From Octopus vulgaris (Eukaryota): 64,000 nt of DNA. The stretch is from assembly GCA_951406725.2 (NCBI GenBank), contig OX597817.1:122450001-122514000 (forward strand). The letters are read 5' to 3'. Made by a program: the position numbers and the translations under genes. This document shows positions 39,444-53,186 of this stretch, in pieces. Within the stretch, counting starts at the first letter, position 1, and each line of letters starts with the position of its first letter. The notes below the pieces were generated by a model. That model saw only the letters and a list, made by a program, of their open reading frames with translations, was not told the origin of the DNA and made no database searches.

Positions 39444-39672
39444 TTCTTTACTGCCCACAAGGGGCTATATACAGAGGGGACAAACAAGGACAGACAAAAG
39501 TATTAAGTCGATTATATCGACCCCAGTACGTAACTGGTACTCATTTAATTGGCCCTGAAAGGATGAAAGGCAAAGTCGACATCGGCAGAATTTGAACTCA
39601 GAATGTAATGGCAGACGAAATACGGGTACGCATTTCACCTGGCGTGCTAACGTTTACGCCAGCTCACCACCT
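39444..39672 (-). mobile_element. Full-length SINE family C
   Basis: Collinear with 28466-28694. Confidence 0.9.
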
Positions 39673-40004
39673 TTAGCTTATAAAATACTATCAGATACAT
39701 ACATATATATATTTTTTTATATATATGGTGTGTGTATGTGTGCATTTGTGAGTATATATATAATTATATAATCTGTGTACATATATGTGTGTATATATAT
39801 ATATATATATCATGTTATATTTCAGAATGGTCATATTGCCACTTTAGCCAATAAACGTACTATATATATATGTATGTAGGTATATATATATATATATATA
39901 TATACATATATGTATGTATGTATGTAAGTATGTATGTGCGTGTGTATGTATGTGTATATATATATATATATGCGTGTATATATGTATGTATGTACGTATG
40001 TATG

Positions 40005-40041
<37 letters not shown>

Positions 40042-40045
40042 ATAC

Positions 40046-40091
<46 letters not shown>

Positions 40092-40561
40092 GTGTTTGTG
40101 TGTGTGTGCGATTTTGTGTCTCCTTGACTTGACATTGCATGATAGTTATCATCAAGTGATAAGTTAGCAACACGAAGGGCATTCAGCTGTAAAGAAAATC
40201 TGCTTTACCAAATTCTGTCTTACCCATGCAATCATTGAAACAATGATATACATATATACACACACACACACACATATATATGTACTCACACGTACATATA
40301 TATCTAGACACATACATACATACACACACTATTATACATATGTGCATATGTATTTGTATATGAAAAAATACATTCAGTTTATCTATTCAGTGTAGTAACA
40401 AGTTTCACAGAGTTATATAAGTATTTGTACTTCTTTGAAGAATGAGTAATTACATAACACAATGAAACTTTGATGAATAATTAAATTATATGTATTTTCT
40501 CTTATCTATAATGTACTCTAATTAATACTGCATGCATTAATGTTTGTGCATAGTACAATCA

Positions 40562-40609
<48 letters not shown>

Positions 40610-40650
40610 CTGCATGGCTGAAAGGAAATATATATATATATATATATATA

Positions 40651-40950
40651 TTGATAGAAATGGTAAGACAACAAAATAATGAAAGAGACCTCGATATTAT
40701 GTAAATAAAGGAATTTATCTATGAATATAGTATGTGACAATTATTCAGTAGCCATGATAAAACCCTGAGTTTCAGATGTCGGGGCAGAAAACCATGCTGC
40801 CATCTTTTCAGCTTTTGGGCCATCATTTTCATAGCAATTTTTTTGATGGCCCGATAACTGAAAAGATGGTGGCGTGGTTTTCTGCCCCAACATCCGAAAC
40901 TCGGAGTTTTATCATGGCTACTGAATAATAGTCACATATTATATTTACAT
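40651..40950. mobile_element. Fold-back element with a hammerhead-like core in each arm
   Basis: Arms ~40721-40825 and 40844-40948. Plus core GATAA-CTGAAAA-GATG...CATC-C-GAAA-CTC-G-GAG-TT-TTATC (40853-40913). Flanked by (TA)n. Confidence 0.75.
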
Positions 40951-41009
40951 ATATACATATATGCATATATATACATATATGTACATATATATGTGTGTAT
41001 GTAAGTATG

Positions 41010-41089
<80 letters not shown>

Positions 41090-42194
41090 CATATGACAGA
41101 ATTCCACACTGTTTTAATTGACCAGATTCATTCAAAAGGCATTGGTTGGATCAGGGCTGTTGTAGAAGACACTTGTCTAATGTGGTGCTCAGCAGGACTG
41201 ATCTCAGAACCTTGCACTTTCTAAGCAAGCTTCTTAACCATGAAGTTAGGTGGATTTATATGGACTTGTGTGGATTATTATCCTTATCTCCATTGTTAGA
41301 GTCACACTTTTCTAACCACTGTTGTCTTCCAGGAGTGTAGCATAGCGAAATAAGCATTGATTAAATGTCAAGTATGAAATGCTGTCGTTTACCTGGTGGT
41401 CATAAGTTGCGACACAAGCTGAGTGAGATTTGCACTCTGGTTTAAACAGAACATAAAAGTTTCGTATCAAATAGGAAAATAACAGCTATGAGAATTTCCT
41501 GGATATGGACAATAGAATGAGAAAATGGCTTGAATGAAGGGTTTAGTTCAAAACTCTAAGAATATTATTGAATATGACAAGCACTTACAGAAGGCTATAG
41601 GGCACACCAGCTAAAATGCTGTGATGATAACCAAGCTAAGAATACTAATCTGTATAAATCACTGCACAATAATCTAGAATATGTTGCTAAAATGGCCATT
41701 AAATGATGATCATATATATATGCACACACAAGCACATATATACATACATACATACATACATACATGCATAGACATACATACATATATATGTTGATATATA
41801 TATATATATATATAGATATATACATAACTATATAAATATATATATATAAATGTATACATACATACAAATATATACATACAAACATATATACTTACATATA
41901 TATGCATATGTACACATGCATGTACACACACATGCACATGCATGTATGCACACATGCACACATGCATGCATGCACACACATACACACACACACATATACA
42001 TATAATTTTTGCAATTGTTGTACAAGATTCCTGATATGAAATCATTCATTGAAATATGTTGTTTATCTTGTCTCTCTACATTCACTTGATTGTTGGAAAT
42101 GAGAAGCAAAATATCCTTCATGCTATACCTCTAATTCTTAAACGAGAAACCACACATTGGAAATTATCATGCCTGACAATTAAAATGACTTGAT

Positions 42195-42655
42195 GGCCAT
42201 GGTCCATCATGGCATTATGGAGGTCCTGTTGCTGGATGCCTGTATCCCTGGAGATTACATCAGGGTAGGAGAGTGTACGCCCTCTGGTATTGCGAGTAGA
42301 TGGCTTCCAGAGAAGAGTAGAAATTACTTCTTTTTCAGCTCTACAACAATGTCCAGCAAACTGGACTCTCCTACCTTTCACAAGAGATGACACAGGTGGT
42401 AGTTTCCCATATATTTGCATTTTCGTTGGATGGTGCTTCCATGAGAGATTTTGAGCTCTCATAAGGAGGCGAGTGTAGGTTCCATCCAACCACCTCTCAA
42501 GGCTTCTTTGATAACGTCCAGGTTTCTGAGCCATATAGTAGAATTGGTTCGACTGTGGCTTTGAAGATTTCAAGTTTGAAGTCTCTACTTAGATTTGATG
42601 ACCAGATCTTATGCATGTAATTACAAGCTGACCAGGCCATACCCTTTCTAGTCAA
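42195..42655 (-). mobile_element. RTE-group LINE ORF2 fragment (post-RT region)
   Basis: TRKGMAWSACNYMHKIWSSNLSRDFKLEIFKATVEPILLYGSETW, a frameshift, then LDGTYTRLLMRAQNLSWKHH...RRVQFAGHC.R...LLWKP. Confidence 0.85.
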
Positions 42656-42760
42656 CATACAACATGCTTTTCATGCATACTGAGAAACACATTTATATAT
42701 CAACTTATACAAAGGCTGCTCTATTTTAGCATCTTTTCTTTTCCTTTTGCTTTTTTTTTT

Positions 42761-43153
42761 TACTTGTTTCAGTCATTTGACTGTGGCCATGCTGGAGCAC
42801 CACCTTTAGTTGAGCAAATCGACCCCAGGAATTATTCTTTGTAAGCTTATTACTTATTCTATCGGTCACTTTTGCCGAACCACTAAGTTACGGGTATGTA
42901 AACACACCAGCATCTGTTATCAAGAGATGTTGGGGGGACAAACACAGACATACAAACATATACACACACATACATATATATACATATATACAATGGACTT
43001 CTTTCAGTTTCCATTTACCAAACCCACTCACAAGGCTTTGGTCGGCCCGAAGCTATAGTAGAAGACACTTGCCCAAGGTGCCACATAGTGGGACTGAACC
43101 CAGAACCATGTGGTTGGTAAGCAATCTACTTACCACACAGCCACTCCTGCGCC
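42761..43153 (-). mobile_element. Full-length SINE family B
   Basis: Collinear with 14269-14717. Confidence 0.9.
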
Positions 43154-43654
43154 TATCTATACTTTTACTACATGTTATAGGGAAGACTTTTAATACTACT
43201 ATCACCATTATCAACATCATTTCTTAATGTCCATTTTTCATGCTAGTATGGGTGGGATGGTTTGATAAAGCTGTCCAGACTACAATTGTCTCTTTTGGTA
43301 TGGTTTCTATGAGTGGATGACCTTTCCAAATGCCAACCACTTTACAGAGTGTGCTGGATACTTTTTTACATGCCACAGGATGAGTGCATTTTATGTGACA
43401 CCGACATGAATGCATATACCATGCTGCCCTGGTACAAGTGCAGCAGGAAATTGAATAAAAATAATTCTTTCCAAATTTTGGCCCAAGGTCAGTAATTTTG
43501 AGAGGAGGGGCTAAGTTGATTACTTTGGTGCCAGAGCTTGACTAGTTCTTTGCTATATCAACCTCCAGGAGGGTGAAAGACAAAATCGATTTTAGTGAGA
43601 TTTGAACTTGAAACATAAACAACTGATTCTGCCAGCTCACCAGCTCAGTGATAA

Positions 43655-43930
43655 TCATCATCATCATCATCATCATCATCGTTTAACGTCCGTTTTCCGT
43701 GCTAGCACGGGTTGGACAGTTCGACCGGGGTCTGGGAAGCCAGGAGCTGCTCCAGGCTCCAGTCTAATCTGGCAGAGTTTCTACGGCTGGATGCCCTAAC
43801 GCCAACCACTCCGCGAGTGTAGTGGGTGCTTTTTACGTGCCACCTGCACAGGTGCCAGGGGGGGTCCGGCATCGGTCACGATCGGTTGGAGCTTTTAATG
43901 TGCCAGCGGCACGGAAGCCAGCCAAGGCAA
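43655..43930 (-). mobile_element. RTE-type LINE 3' UTR, young copy
   Basis: (CAT)n tail and CpG-rich. Homologous to 59600-59984. Confidence 0.8.
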
Positions 43931-43944
43931 TGATAATAGCAATA

Positions 43945-45085
43945 ATGGCTTCAAATTTTGCCACAAGGGCAGACATTTTGGGGAGGGGATGAGTTGATTC
44001 CATCAACCCCGGTATTCAATCTGTACTTGTTTTATCGGCCCCGAAAGGATGAGCGGCAAAGTCAACTTCAGTACAGCCGAATATATCCTTTTCTACTCTA
44101 GGCACAAGGCCCGAAATTTTAGTGGAGAAGGCCCCTGTATGCAACTGGTACTTGATTTATTGACCTTGAAAGGACGAAAGGCAAAGTCAACCTCGGCGGA
44201 ATTTGAACTCAGAAAGTAAAGACAGACGAAATACTGCTAAGCATTTTACCCGGTGTGCTAACCTTTCTGCCAGCTCGTCACCTTCTTTTCTGATCTAGGC
44301 ACAAGGCCTGAAATTTGGGGAGCAGGGCCAGTCAATTAGATCTACCTCAGTACGCAACTGGTACTTAATTTATCGACCCTGCAAGGATGAAAGGCAAAGT
44401 CGACCTCAGTGCAATTAATAATAATAATAATAATCCTTTCTACAATAGGCACAAAATTTTGGGCAGAGGCTGAGCCAATCACATCGACTCCAGTGTGTAA
44501 CTGGTATTTAATTTATCAACCCTGAAAAGATGAAAAGCAAAGTCAACCTCAACGAAATTCGAACTCAGAATGTAAAGATAGATGAAATACCACTAAGCAT
44601 TTTGCCCAGGATGCTGATGGTTCTGCCAGCTCTCCACCTAATAATAATAATAATAATAATAAGAGCACTCAGAGAGTGCAAACCTCCTCCTAGGCAACAC
44701 CAACGTCCCTCTCAACGATTAGCCAGAGCTGATTAGTGGATGGCAAAGTAAGCCTTGACAGCATTCGAACTCTGTGTACAGCTAAGTATTTTGCCTGGCA
44801 CAGTAACACTTCTACCAGTTCACTACCTTGATAATAATAATAACAACAACAACAATAATTATGATGATGATGATGATACTTTCAAATTTAGGCATAAGGC
44901 CTGCGATTTCAAGGGTAGAAGTAAGTCGATTAGATCAACCAGTGTTTTCAACTGGTACTTCTTTTTTTGGCCCTGATAGGATGAAAGGTAAAGTCGACCT
45001 TGACAGAATTTGAGCTTAGAATGCAAAGGACAAAATGCTGCTAAGTATTTTGTTCAGCATGCTACTGATTCTGCTGGCTCACCAA
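43945..45085 (-). mobile_element. Tandem pile-up of SINE family C copies (about 6)
   Basis: Repeated GGCACAAGGCCTGAAATTT...GGATGAAAGGCAAAGTC(G/A)ACCTC units, all in the same orientation, several separated by (AAT)n. Confidence 0.85.
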
Positions 45086-45088
45086 CTC

Positions 45089-45136
<48 letters not shown>

Positions 45137-45138
<2 letters not shown>

Positions 45139-45525
45139 TCATGAAGAAAAAAAATGCTTTCTAATTGATGTATCAATACCGGCAGATGACAACGTGTCTC
45201 TAAAAGAAATGGAGAAGCTTTCAAAATACAAAGACCTGGAAATAGAGGTAACCAGAATGTGGAATCTAAAAACAGAAACAATTCCTATCATAGTAGGTGC
45301 ATTAGGCATGATAAAAAATATTCAGACAAATACATAACAAAAACACCAGGACTTACAAACACATATAACATACAGAAAATTGCACTACTAGGCACTGCAC
45401 ACATCCTACGCAGAACACTTTCCATACAATAAAGAGCATCACAACAAATCACAGCACATACCTAAGGCACACAGAGCTGCGCTCGGTAGTGAAGTGAAAG
45501 CACGCTATAAAAATAAAACTACTGA
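45137..45525 (+). mobile_element. Dong/R4-like non-LTR retrotransposon 3' end (restriction-like endonuclease C-terminus)
   Basis: [57 protein letters not shown], then after a frameshift IQKIALLGTAHILRRTLSIQ*. (AAT)n on both sides. Confidence 0.85.
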
Positions 45526-48454
45526 ACAATAATAATGATAATAATAATAAATTGAATATATTTACTTTGCTGCTTAACTCAGTTCTTTAGAGAATTCATT
45601 ATAAGAACACTAGCAGTTAGGACTAGTGAAAAATGATTTTCAAAAATTTTTAAATAGATTTAAACAGATTCTATGATTTTTTTTTTTCTCTCCAAAAGTC
45701 AACTTTCAATTTTTTTAAATTTCCAATATTAGCAATAAATGTTGGCAAAAATAAGAAAATGTTGTGAAGAAACTTTGAAGGTTATAAAAATAAATTTTTG
45801 AAAATTAAATTACTCATATATATATATATAGATATTTATTTTTTTTAAAATGAACATTCTTGTTTGTACATGAGATTGTGTTTTTAACATGCTCATATGC
45901 ATAAGTATTTTGTTTACATAAATACAAGCTATTCAATTTCTTAGCAAATGAATAAGTAATAAATACTAGATTAGCAAAACTATATATTAGAAACTAATAA
46001 CCAAAACAGTAACAAAGCAGAAAACATTTCTAACATCCTTATCATTTTTCACTGTTTCGTGCTTGTTCATGTATGATTTCATATTCAACCAGAATAACAA
46101 TGTTGATGTATAGAAAATGTATTACCAATCTAGTTACATCTAATATATTCATTATGCATTTATAGACTTACACATGCGTCTTCCTTTCGCATTTTTGTTC
46201 ATTTAGAAAAGATGGAGTTATTAATGAGACATTCTAAATGATAAAAATAGCATCTGTTTCACTGCTATGTAATAGCATTGTTAATACCCATACCCACTGT
46301 ACAATTTCTGAATATTATTCATATCATTACCATTCCTTAATGTAAAGCTATTCCTGAACAGCATTATTAATGTTTGGCTTACAATTGTGGAAACAGTTAG
46401 AGACTCGGAATTCTCATATCGTTATGCTGCAAACATTGTTCAGTATTCTTGCAGAAAAACACTGAAATCAATGTTGTATTTAAGAAATGATAATTATGGT
46501 CATTACAGCAATATTCCCCTGACAATTTAGTTGTGGAAAATTTTACAAAGAAGATATTAATTAAAATTCATGGGGAAACTATCTTTGAGATGTCACGTGA
46601 ATTTCTGTGCATATCAACAACAACAACAACAGAAAGAAAGAAAGAAGAAAAAGTTGATCATCTAAGAAAGAAATGAAGTGAAAAGAAAATATTAATGAAT
46701 GAAAATTTGAAGGATTTTGTAATTATAAAATTCTAATAAACACGACTGGAAATGGAATTTATTGTAAATCTTGGTGCTGTTGTTGAAGTTTGTACAATTT
46801 TATAAAACCTCATGCATCAAAGGGTACAAAACACTCTTCACAGTTGCCCAGAACTAGAAAACTTATAAGAATACAAATTCCCAGAAAATATAATACTAAG
46901 AAAGATATTAACGTTGTTCTCATAATAATCAAATCTGAGTTGAATGTAATTAAAAAAAAAAAAAGAAGTTTTATCATAAATACTTTCTTGATCTTATACT
47001 CCCATAGCTCAAGTTATATTTCGGTTTCTTTTCACCATCTTTCATTGTGCAAATAAGCATAGATATTAATCTAAACACCTCACCACATAGTCAATAATTA
47101 CAAATAATATCTTTTCCCTGTAGCATTCAGTTTTCCTGTTTGGAATCCATTTAATACAATACTATAAATCCAACATCTAGAGATTATTTTCTACTTATAT
47201 TAGCTCTTCTGTTTTCCTTTTATCTTGCCCCTCTCCCCACATTTTTTTTATCTGATTGAAATCCTCCCTTTTGGACATATAAAATAACATAATAGAAAAA
47301 ACATATTTATTTAAGAATTACATGTGTGATTTCTCAACATTGATAATAGCAGAAATATATATGTGTGTGTATTCATATTTATAAATGCAAATATATACAT
47401 ATGTATATGTGTGTGTGTGTTGTTGTACGTATATGTGCATTTATGCACAAATAACATATGCATATATCTATATATATATATATATATATATTTGGGGAAA
47501 AAAGAGTGAGTGGGAGAGAGAGAATGAGAGAGAGATTGAAGAGAAAACAAAATATTACTATTCATATCTGTGCTTTGATAAGGGAAAAGACTTGCATAAG
47601 TTATTGAATGCTGTGCAGCTGGAATAATCTTTTCTGCGCCTTTCTGGATTTAATTTCTGTACAACGTGCACATAAACATGCATGCACACACACACACCCT
47701 CCCCTATGTACACACATACACGCACACATTCACACTCATATTCCATCATAACCAGTGTATTAGGTAATTATCTTCTCAGGAAAAAAATACAGAAAGAATA
47801 CATGAAAGCCACCAAAGCTATACAAAGCCACCCCCCAACAAATAAACAAAAAGAAAAAAAAAATGAACAAAAAGAAGATAAAAAAATCCTCTGATAAATG
47901 CGGTATGCTTTATAATAGCTACTTTAGTATCATAGCACTCTGAGTTCCAATTCCATTTAGCGCCAACCATTCTGTTTCCTCATTTCTAATTTATTTCACC
48001 AGCCATTTTTCCAATCTTGACAAGAAAAAAAGAAACTATCTTTTTGATAATGGTGATCTCTCGAGTCCGAGAAAGACAGTTCTGCAATTTCTTGTTGAAT
48101 AACCTGCATGGATGATTTGCTTATAGCAAGCAAATGGTTGTGCTGCACATTAGCTCACTTCCGCCATCAAACTGGCATTGATTGTACAGGTGCATGGTAT
48201 GCCACATGTCACATGTTGAAATGATCACAGAGCTACATGAGATGAAGTTTTTTGCTCAAGAACACAATACACTGCCCAGGCTGGAAATTGAAACTATGAC
48301 CTTGCTATTGTGTATGCTGCACCCTAAAAACTTGGTTATATACCATCACAATCTGTTTGATAAAAATTTGTCTGTAACCACCAGTGCTCATAATTAAATG
48401 AAGCCTCTTCAGTTATATATTCACACAAGAAAATGTTATTTTCCAAATGCAAAA

Positions 48455-48831
48455 ATAATAATAATTTCTGATATAGGCAAAAGGCCTGAAGTTTTGGGAG
48501 AAGGGGTTCGTTGATTACATCAACCACAGTGTTGAACTGGTACTTATTTTATCAACCTAGAAAGGTCGAAATGCAAAGTTGAGCTCAGCTAAGTTGGAGC
48601 TCAGAATGTAAAGAGTTAAAGGAAATACTGCTAAGCATTTTGTCTAGCAAGTTAAAAATTCTGACAGCTTGTCACCTTAATAATAACGATGATCCTTTCT
48701 ATTAAAGGCAAAAGGCCTGAAATTTTAGGGGAGGGTACTAGTCAATGACATCAACCTCCACAACTCAACTGGTACTTAATTTATCAACTCCAAAAGGATG
48801 GAAGGGGAATAATATTAATAATAATAATAAT

Positions 48832-48903
<72 letters not shown>

Positions 48904-49108
48904 CCTTTCTGCTATAAGTGCAAGTTTTGGGGAGGAGGCTAGTCAATTAGATCAACCCCAGTATGCGACTGGCACTTAATTTATTGCTCTTGAAAGGATG
49001 AAAGGCAAAGTCAACCTCGGCAGAATTTGAACTCAGAACATAAAGACAGACAAAATACTGCTTAGCATTTCATCCGGCATGCTAATTGTTCTTCCAGCTC
49101 GCTGCCTT
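48455..49108 (-). mobile_element. Cluster of three SINE family C copies around (AAT)n
   Basis: Same motifs as 43945-45085. Confidence 0.8.
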
Positions 49109-49462
49109 TTAACCTCAATGGAATTGAGTGATAAATCAAAGCAATAGCAGTCTTAACCAATCTATTTTGTTTTTGAGACAATAAATGTAGGACTGCATTT
49201 CCTATTTACCTTCCTGTTCTATGACACCAAAGTGAGATTTGAGGGTATTTGGTTGCTACTTCAAATCAATTGAATTATCATACAGGAATGAATGTGACTG
49301 TGCAGTATGAAGTTGGTTTTCCAGCCACATAATTCTGAGTTTAGTCTTACTGTATGGTATTTTTGGCAAGCGCCTTCTTCTATAGTCCTGTGAGTAGATC
49401 TTGGAGACAGAAACTGAAAGAAGCATATTGTATGTGTATAAATATGTGTGTGTATCTGTGTG

Positions 49463-49777
49463 TAATTATAATAAGGGCTTAGGAAAATTTTCTAGCCTAT
49501 ATGCTGAGAAATAGACACAAAATCATCTCACCACTCAAAGAAGTCACAAACACATGTGTTGAATTCAAAGCCACAAGCTAACGGAAATTTTTAATAAAAT
49601 AGATAGTTCTGTATTAGCCTAATTTCTGGGTTTGCCAAGAGGCTCTCCGTCTTCAGCAGAATATGCTAATAGAAATAAATGAAATATTTATATATACTCA
49701 CAGGGGTAGTGAGATGATTTAGCGTCTATTTCTCAGCATACAGGCCAGAAAATCTTTCTACACACTTATTATAATTA
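49463..49777. mobile_element. Inverted-repeat element enclosing a hammerhead
   Basis: Arms 49463-49534 and 49706-49777 (~72 bp, imperfect). Confidence 0.75.
49607..49661 (-). ncRNA. Type I hammerhead ribozyme (core intact)
   Basis: Minus strand TTCTG-CTGAAGA-CGG.AGA.GCC-TCTT-GGC.AAAC.CCA-GAAA-TTAG-G-CTAA-TA-CAGAA. Stems I, II and III are all present; AUA triplet. Confidence 0.7.
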
Positions 49778-49858
49778 TTCATATAATTTTCACCTTAATT
49801 GGTTTCGTTTTATATGCTGGCCACTGATAATTTTTTTAAAAGTTTTATCCTCTAGTAT

Positions 49859-49893
<35 letters not shown>

Positions 49894-50182
49894 CACCATG
49901 ATCACCGTGACCGACCAGGCTATCAGACGTTGCTACACATCGCTGGTCACAATGAACTTCACATTGTTTTAGCCTTCAAATGACGCCACCCTGCTGGCTA
50001 AGCGAGCAGGCCAATAGAAGAAAGAGTGAGAGAAAGTTGTGGCAAAAGAGTACAGCAGGGATCGCCACCATCCCCTGTCGGAGCCTCATGGAGCTTTAGG
50101 TATTTTTGCTCAATAAACACTCACAATGCCCGGTCTGGGAATTGAAACCGCGATCCTACAACCATGAGTCCGCTGCCCTAAC
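49894..50182 (-). mobile_element. tRNA-derived SINE (distinct body)
   Basis: Minus strand GGAGGTGCAATGGCCCTGTGGTTAGGGCAGCGGACTC...GGTTTCAATTCCC has A/B boxes. Flanked by TA repeats. Confidence 0.8.
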
Positions 50183-50238
50183 CACAGGGCCATTGCACCT
50201 CCATATATATATATATATATGTATGTATATATATCATC

Positions 50239-50270
<32 letters not shown>

Positions 50271-51454
50271 ATATATCATCATTATATATATATATATATA
50301 TGTATGTATATATATCATCATATATATATATATATATATATGTATGTATATATATCATCATTATTTAATGTCCATTTTCCATGCTGACGTGTGTGTGTGT
50401 CCTTGCAATGAAATCATGTTATAGTTATAAATTATTGTCACTATTATACAAAAAGTGCCTCACATTTCCAATATTCTGTGAGACCATGTCTGATGATGGA
50501 GAAATAGAACCCTGTTTGGAAACAGGTGAGAACTAACAACAGGAAGAGCATTTGACCATGGAAAATCTGCCTCATATACAGTACATTGAACTCATGCAAG
50601 AATAAAAAAGTAGACATTAAATTGATGAAGATGATGATGACGATGATGATGGTGATTTCTTGACTCAAATTTTTCTTGTTATTTTATAGTTCCGTATTTA
50701 TTTTGACTGCTTGACTTGTACCATTGCATGATATTTTTAGTCCCATGTATTTTAATGTGGCAAATTTCTTACATAAAAAGCTTATGAATTGCTAATGATG
50801 AATATGTCAGTTCATCATCCAAGCTGCCATATAAATCTTCTTTAACTGTCACTGTAATAATTTCTTTTGACACTGAATCTCCTGATTATATTTTAACAAT
50901 AAGCAATGAACTTTACTACACACATTTTTCTGAGTCATTTCAGCCCTTTAAGGATGTCCATGAAATAACATGCTGAATCCCTTTTCCCCTTTTTTTCTCC
51001 CCCACCCCACCCCACCCCGCGTCACTTTTTTTTCTCTTCCCCTTATCTCATAATAACCATTTCATTCAACTAACCTCTATCCATCCTATGTTTCCTCACT
51101 GCCTCTTACTGCTGACTTTTTGACTTCTGCAAAAACAACATTCACTCTACCAACCAACCTCTCTCTCTCAGATCACATATCATTAATCCAAGCAATGCGC
51201 TTTCCTTTTCTCCCCTTGACAACGGCATATGAAAGAAAAAAGAAATATGGTTTTCAAATAGTAAATCAAATATGGTAATTTGAAATATTTCAGCCTTTCA
51301 AAACATGGAAATTTTTCTCAGATGATGAATAAGTCTGATTAAACCCTTTTGAACTCCCATTTTCTACTCACCCATCTTCCTTCCAACCATGCCCAACTCC
51401 TTTCTGTGCTCTTTTCTTCTTTTAGCTTCAGATTTTTTTTTTTACCCCTAAGCA

Positions 51455-51935
51455 TGAAAATTAAATTTTCAGTGAAATTAATTCATAAGTTCTTGAAATT
51501 ATTTTCTCATTTCTTTGCAAGCGGTTAACAATTGCTGTAAGGTTTTTTGTTTCCTTATGCAAGCTAAGAGCTAAATTTCAATTTATTGAAAATTTTCTCA
51601 ATGCCTTAAGCATCTAAATTCATGTCATTGGTCTACTTCAGTTATTTCCCTTAGCTCACTACTGGCCAAAACAGTATGTGACTCTTCTATAAAAAGTTCA
51701 TCAACATACTTAGATTACCGGAGAAAATTATGCTCCACTGATGAGATCTAATAAGGAAGAAACATGTCTTTAGCCTGCTGATAAAGATCGAAATTAGAAT
51801 AAAGATTAAATTTTCTGTGAAATTAATTCTTCAGTTCTTGAAATTATCTGCTATTTTCTTTGATAGATTCTAAGACCTTTTACGTTTTTTTCACCAACTA
51901 AGAGACAAATTTCAATTAATTTAGAATTTTCTGCA
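51455..51935 (+). repeat. ~135-bp diverged direct repeat (period ~345 bp) bracketing a hammerhead-like core
   Basis: 51455-51600 versus 51803-51932. CTGATGA-GATCT...AGATC-GAAA-TT-AG-AA-TA at 51738-51801. Confidence 0.6.
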
Positions 51936-53186
51936 TAAATTATACAGTGCATCACTATCTACTAGAATTATTTAAATATAGCCAGACCACTTTTTCTCTT
52001 TCCCAGATATATTGAAATATTTTCTAAGAAAATCTTTTTCTGAAGAATGCTACTCAAGTGTTGCAAGTGAGTTTCTATGAAAGAAAAACCAGAATTTATT
52101 CTTAAATAATCTTACAATACACTCATGTATTGTACTGAAATATATGTGATATTTTATCAATACATGAAGCTTACAGCTGACTAAATATTTTAAATACTGA
52201 TAGAATTTAAACTGATTCAGAAAAATATACAAACAATTTGTTCTTCATGACTGGTTCTTTGACTTTATAAATATTTTGAAGGATAAACATTTGAAAAATG
52301 GGGGAGAAAAAAGAAAGAAGATAAAAATAAATAATTCATATATATATAAATATATATATATACACACACACACACATACATAAACACACTCACATATATA
52401 TATATACACACATACACACACATGTATGTTTATACATAAATAAATATATGAATTTATATCTATGTGTACAAATATATACATATGTATGTATGTATGTGTA
52501 CAGGTACACATCATCTATAGAGATTTTAGCTTCTAATATTAATGAAAAACTGAAACTAGAGCTTACATGATTTGTTAAATGCAGTAAAAAAAATCAAAAT
52601 AGATAAATAAATAAATAAATAAATACATAATTAAATAAATAAAACCTACATTCAAAAGTTGAATAATTTAAGTCTGTTCATTAAATGTTTCACATTAAAG
52701 CATCATTCATGTTGAATTTTCTCATTCATCTTAACAATTCATAATTAACTTAGAAAATAAAGAGATAAATATAAATATATTGCATTGAAAATATTAATCA
52801 AATACTGAAAATTCAAATGTGATTACATAAATAGCAGCATTTTTCAAAAATTATATTGAAATATAATAAATAGGTTAAATATTAAAAGACACTCACTGGG
52901 AAAATTCTGAATTGTTTTAATAACTAATATATTTATGAAAATGGTTATATATTTATATATTTATGGAGTATGAAAACTCTGTATTTCACATTAGAGTAAG
53001 AATACAGAAATCTCAAGGGCTAACAGAGGATTCTTCATCGGTCTCTATGATGAGCATTTGCTTGTTTGACCATACTGGATTGCTTGCTGGCTTGTGAAAT
53101 TAGTGCAAAAATGGTTGGAGTATTAAGCAAGTATGAGTACTATACATGCCAATCTAAGGTCAAATCAGTGGACAAAATTCTATGGT

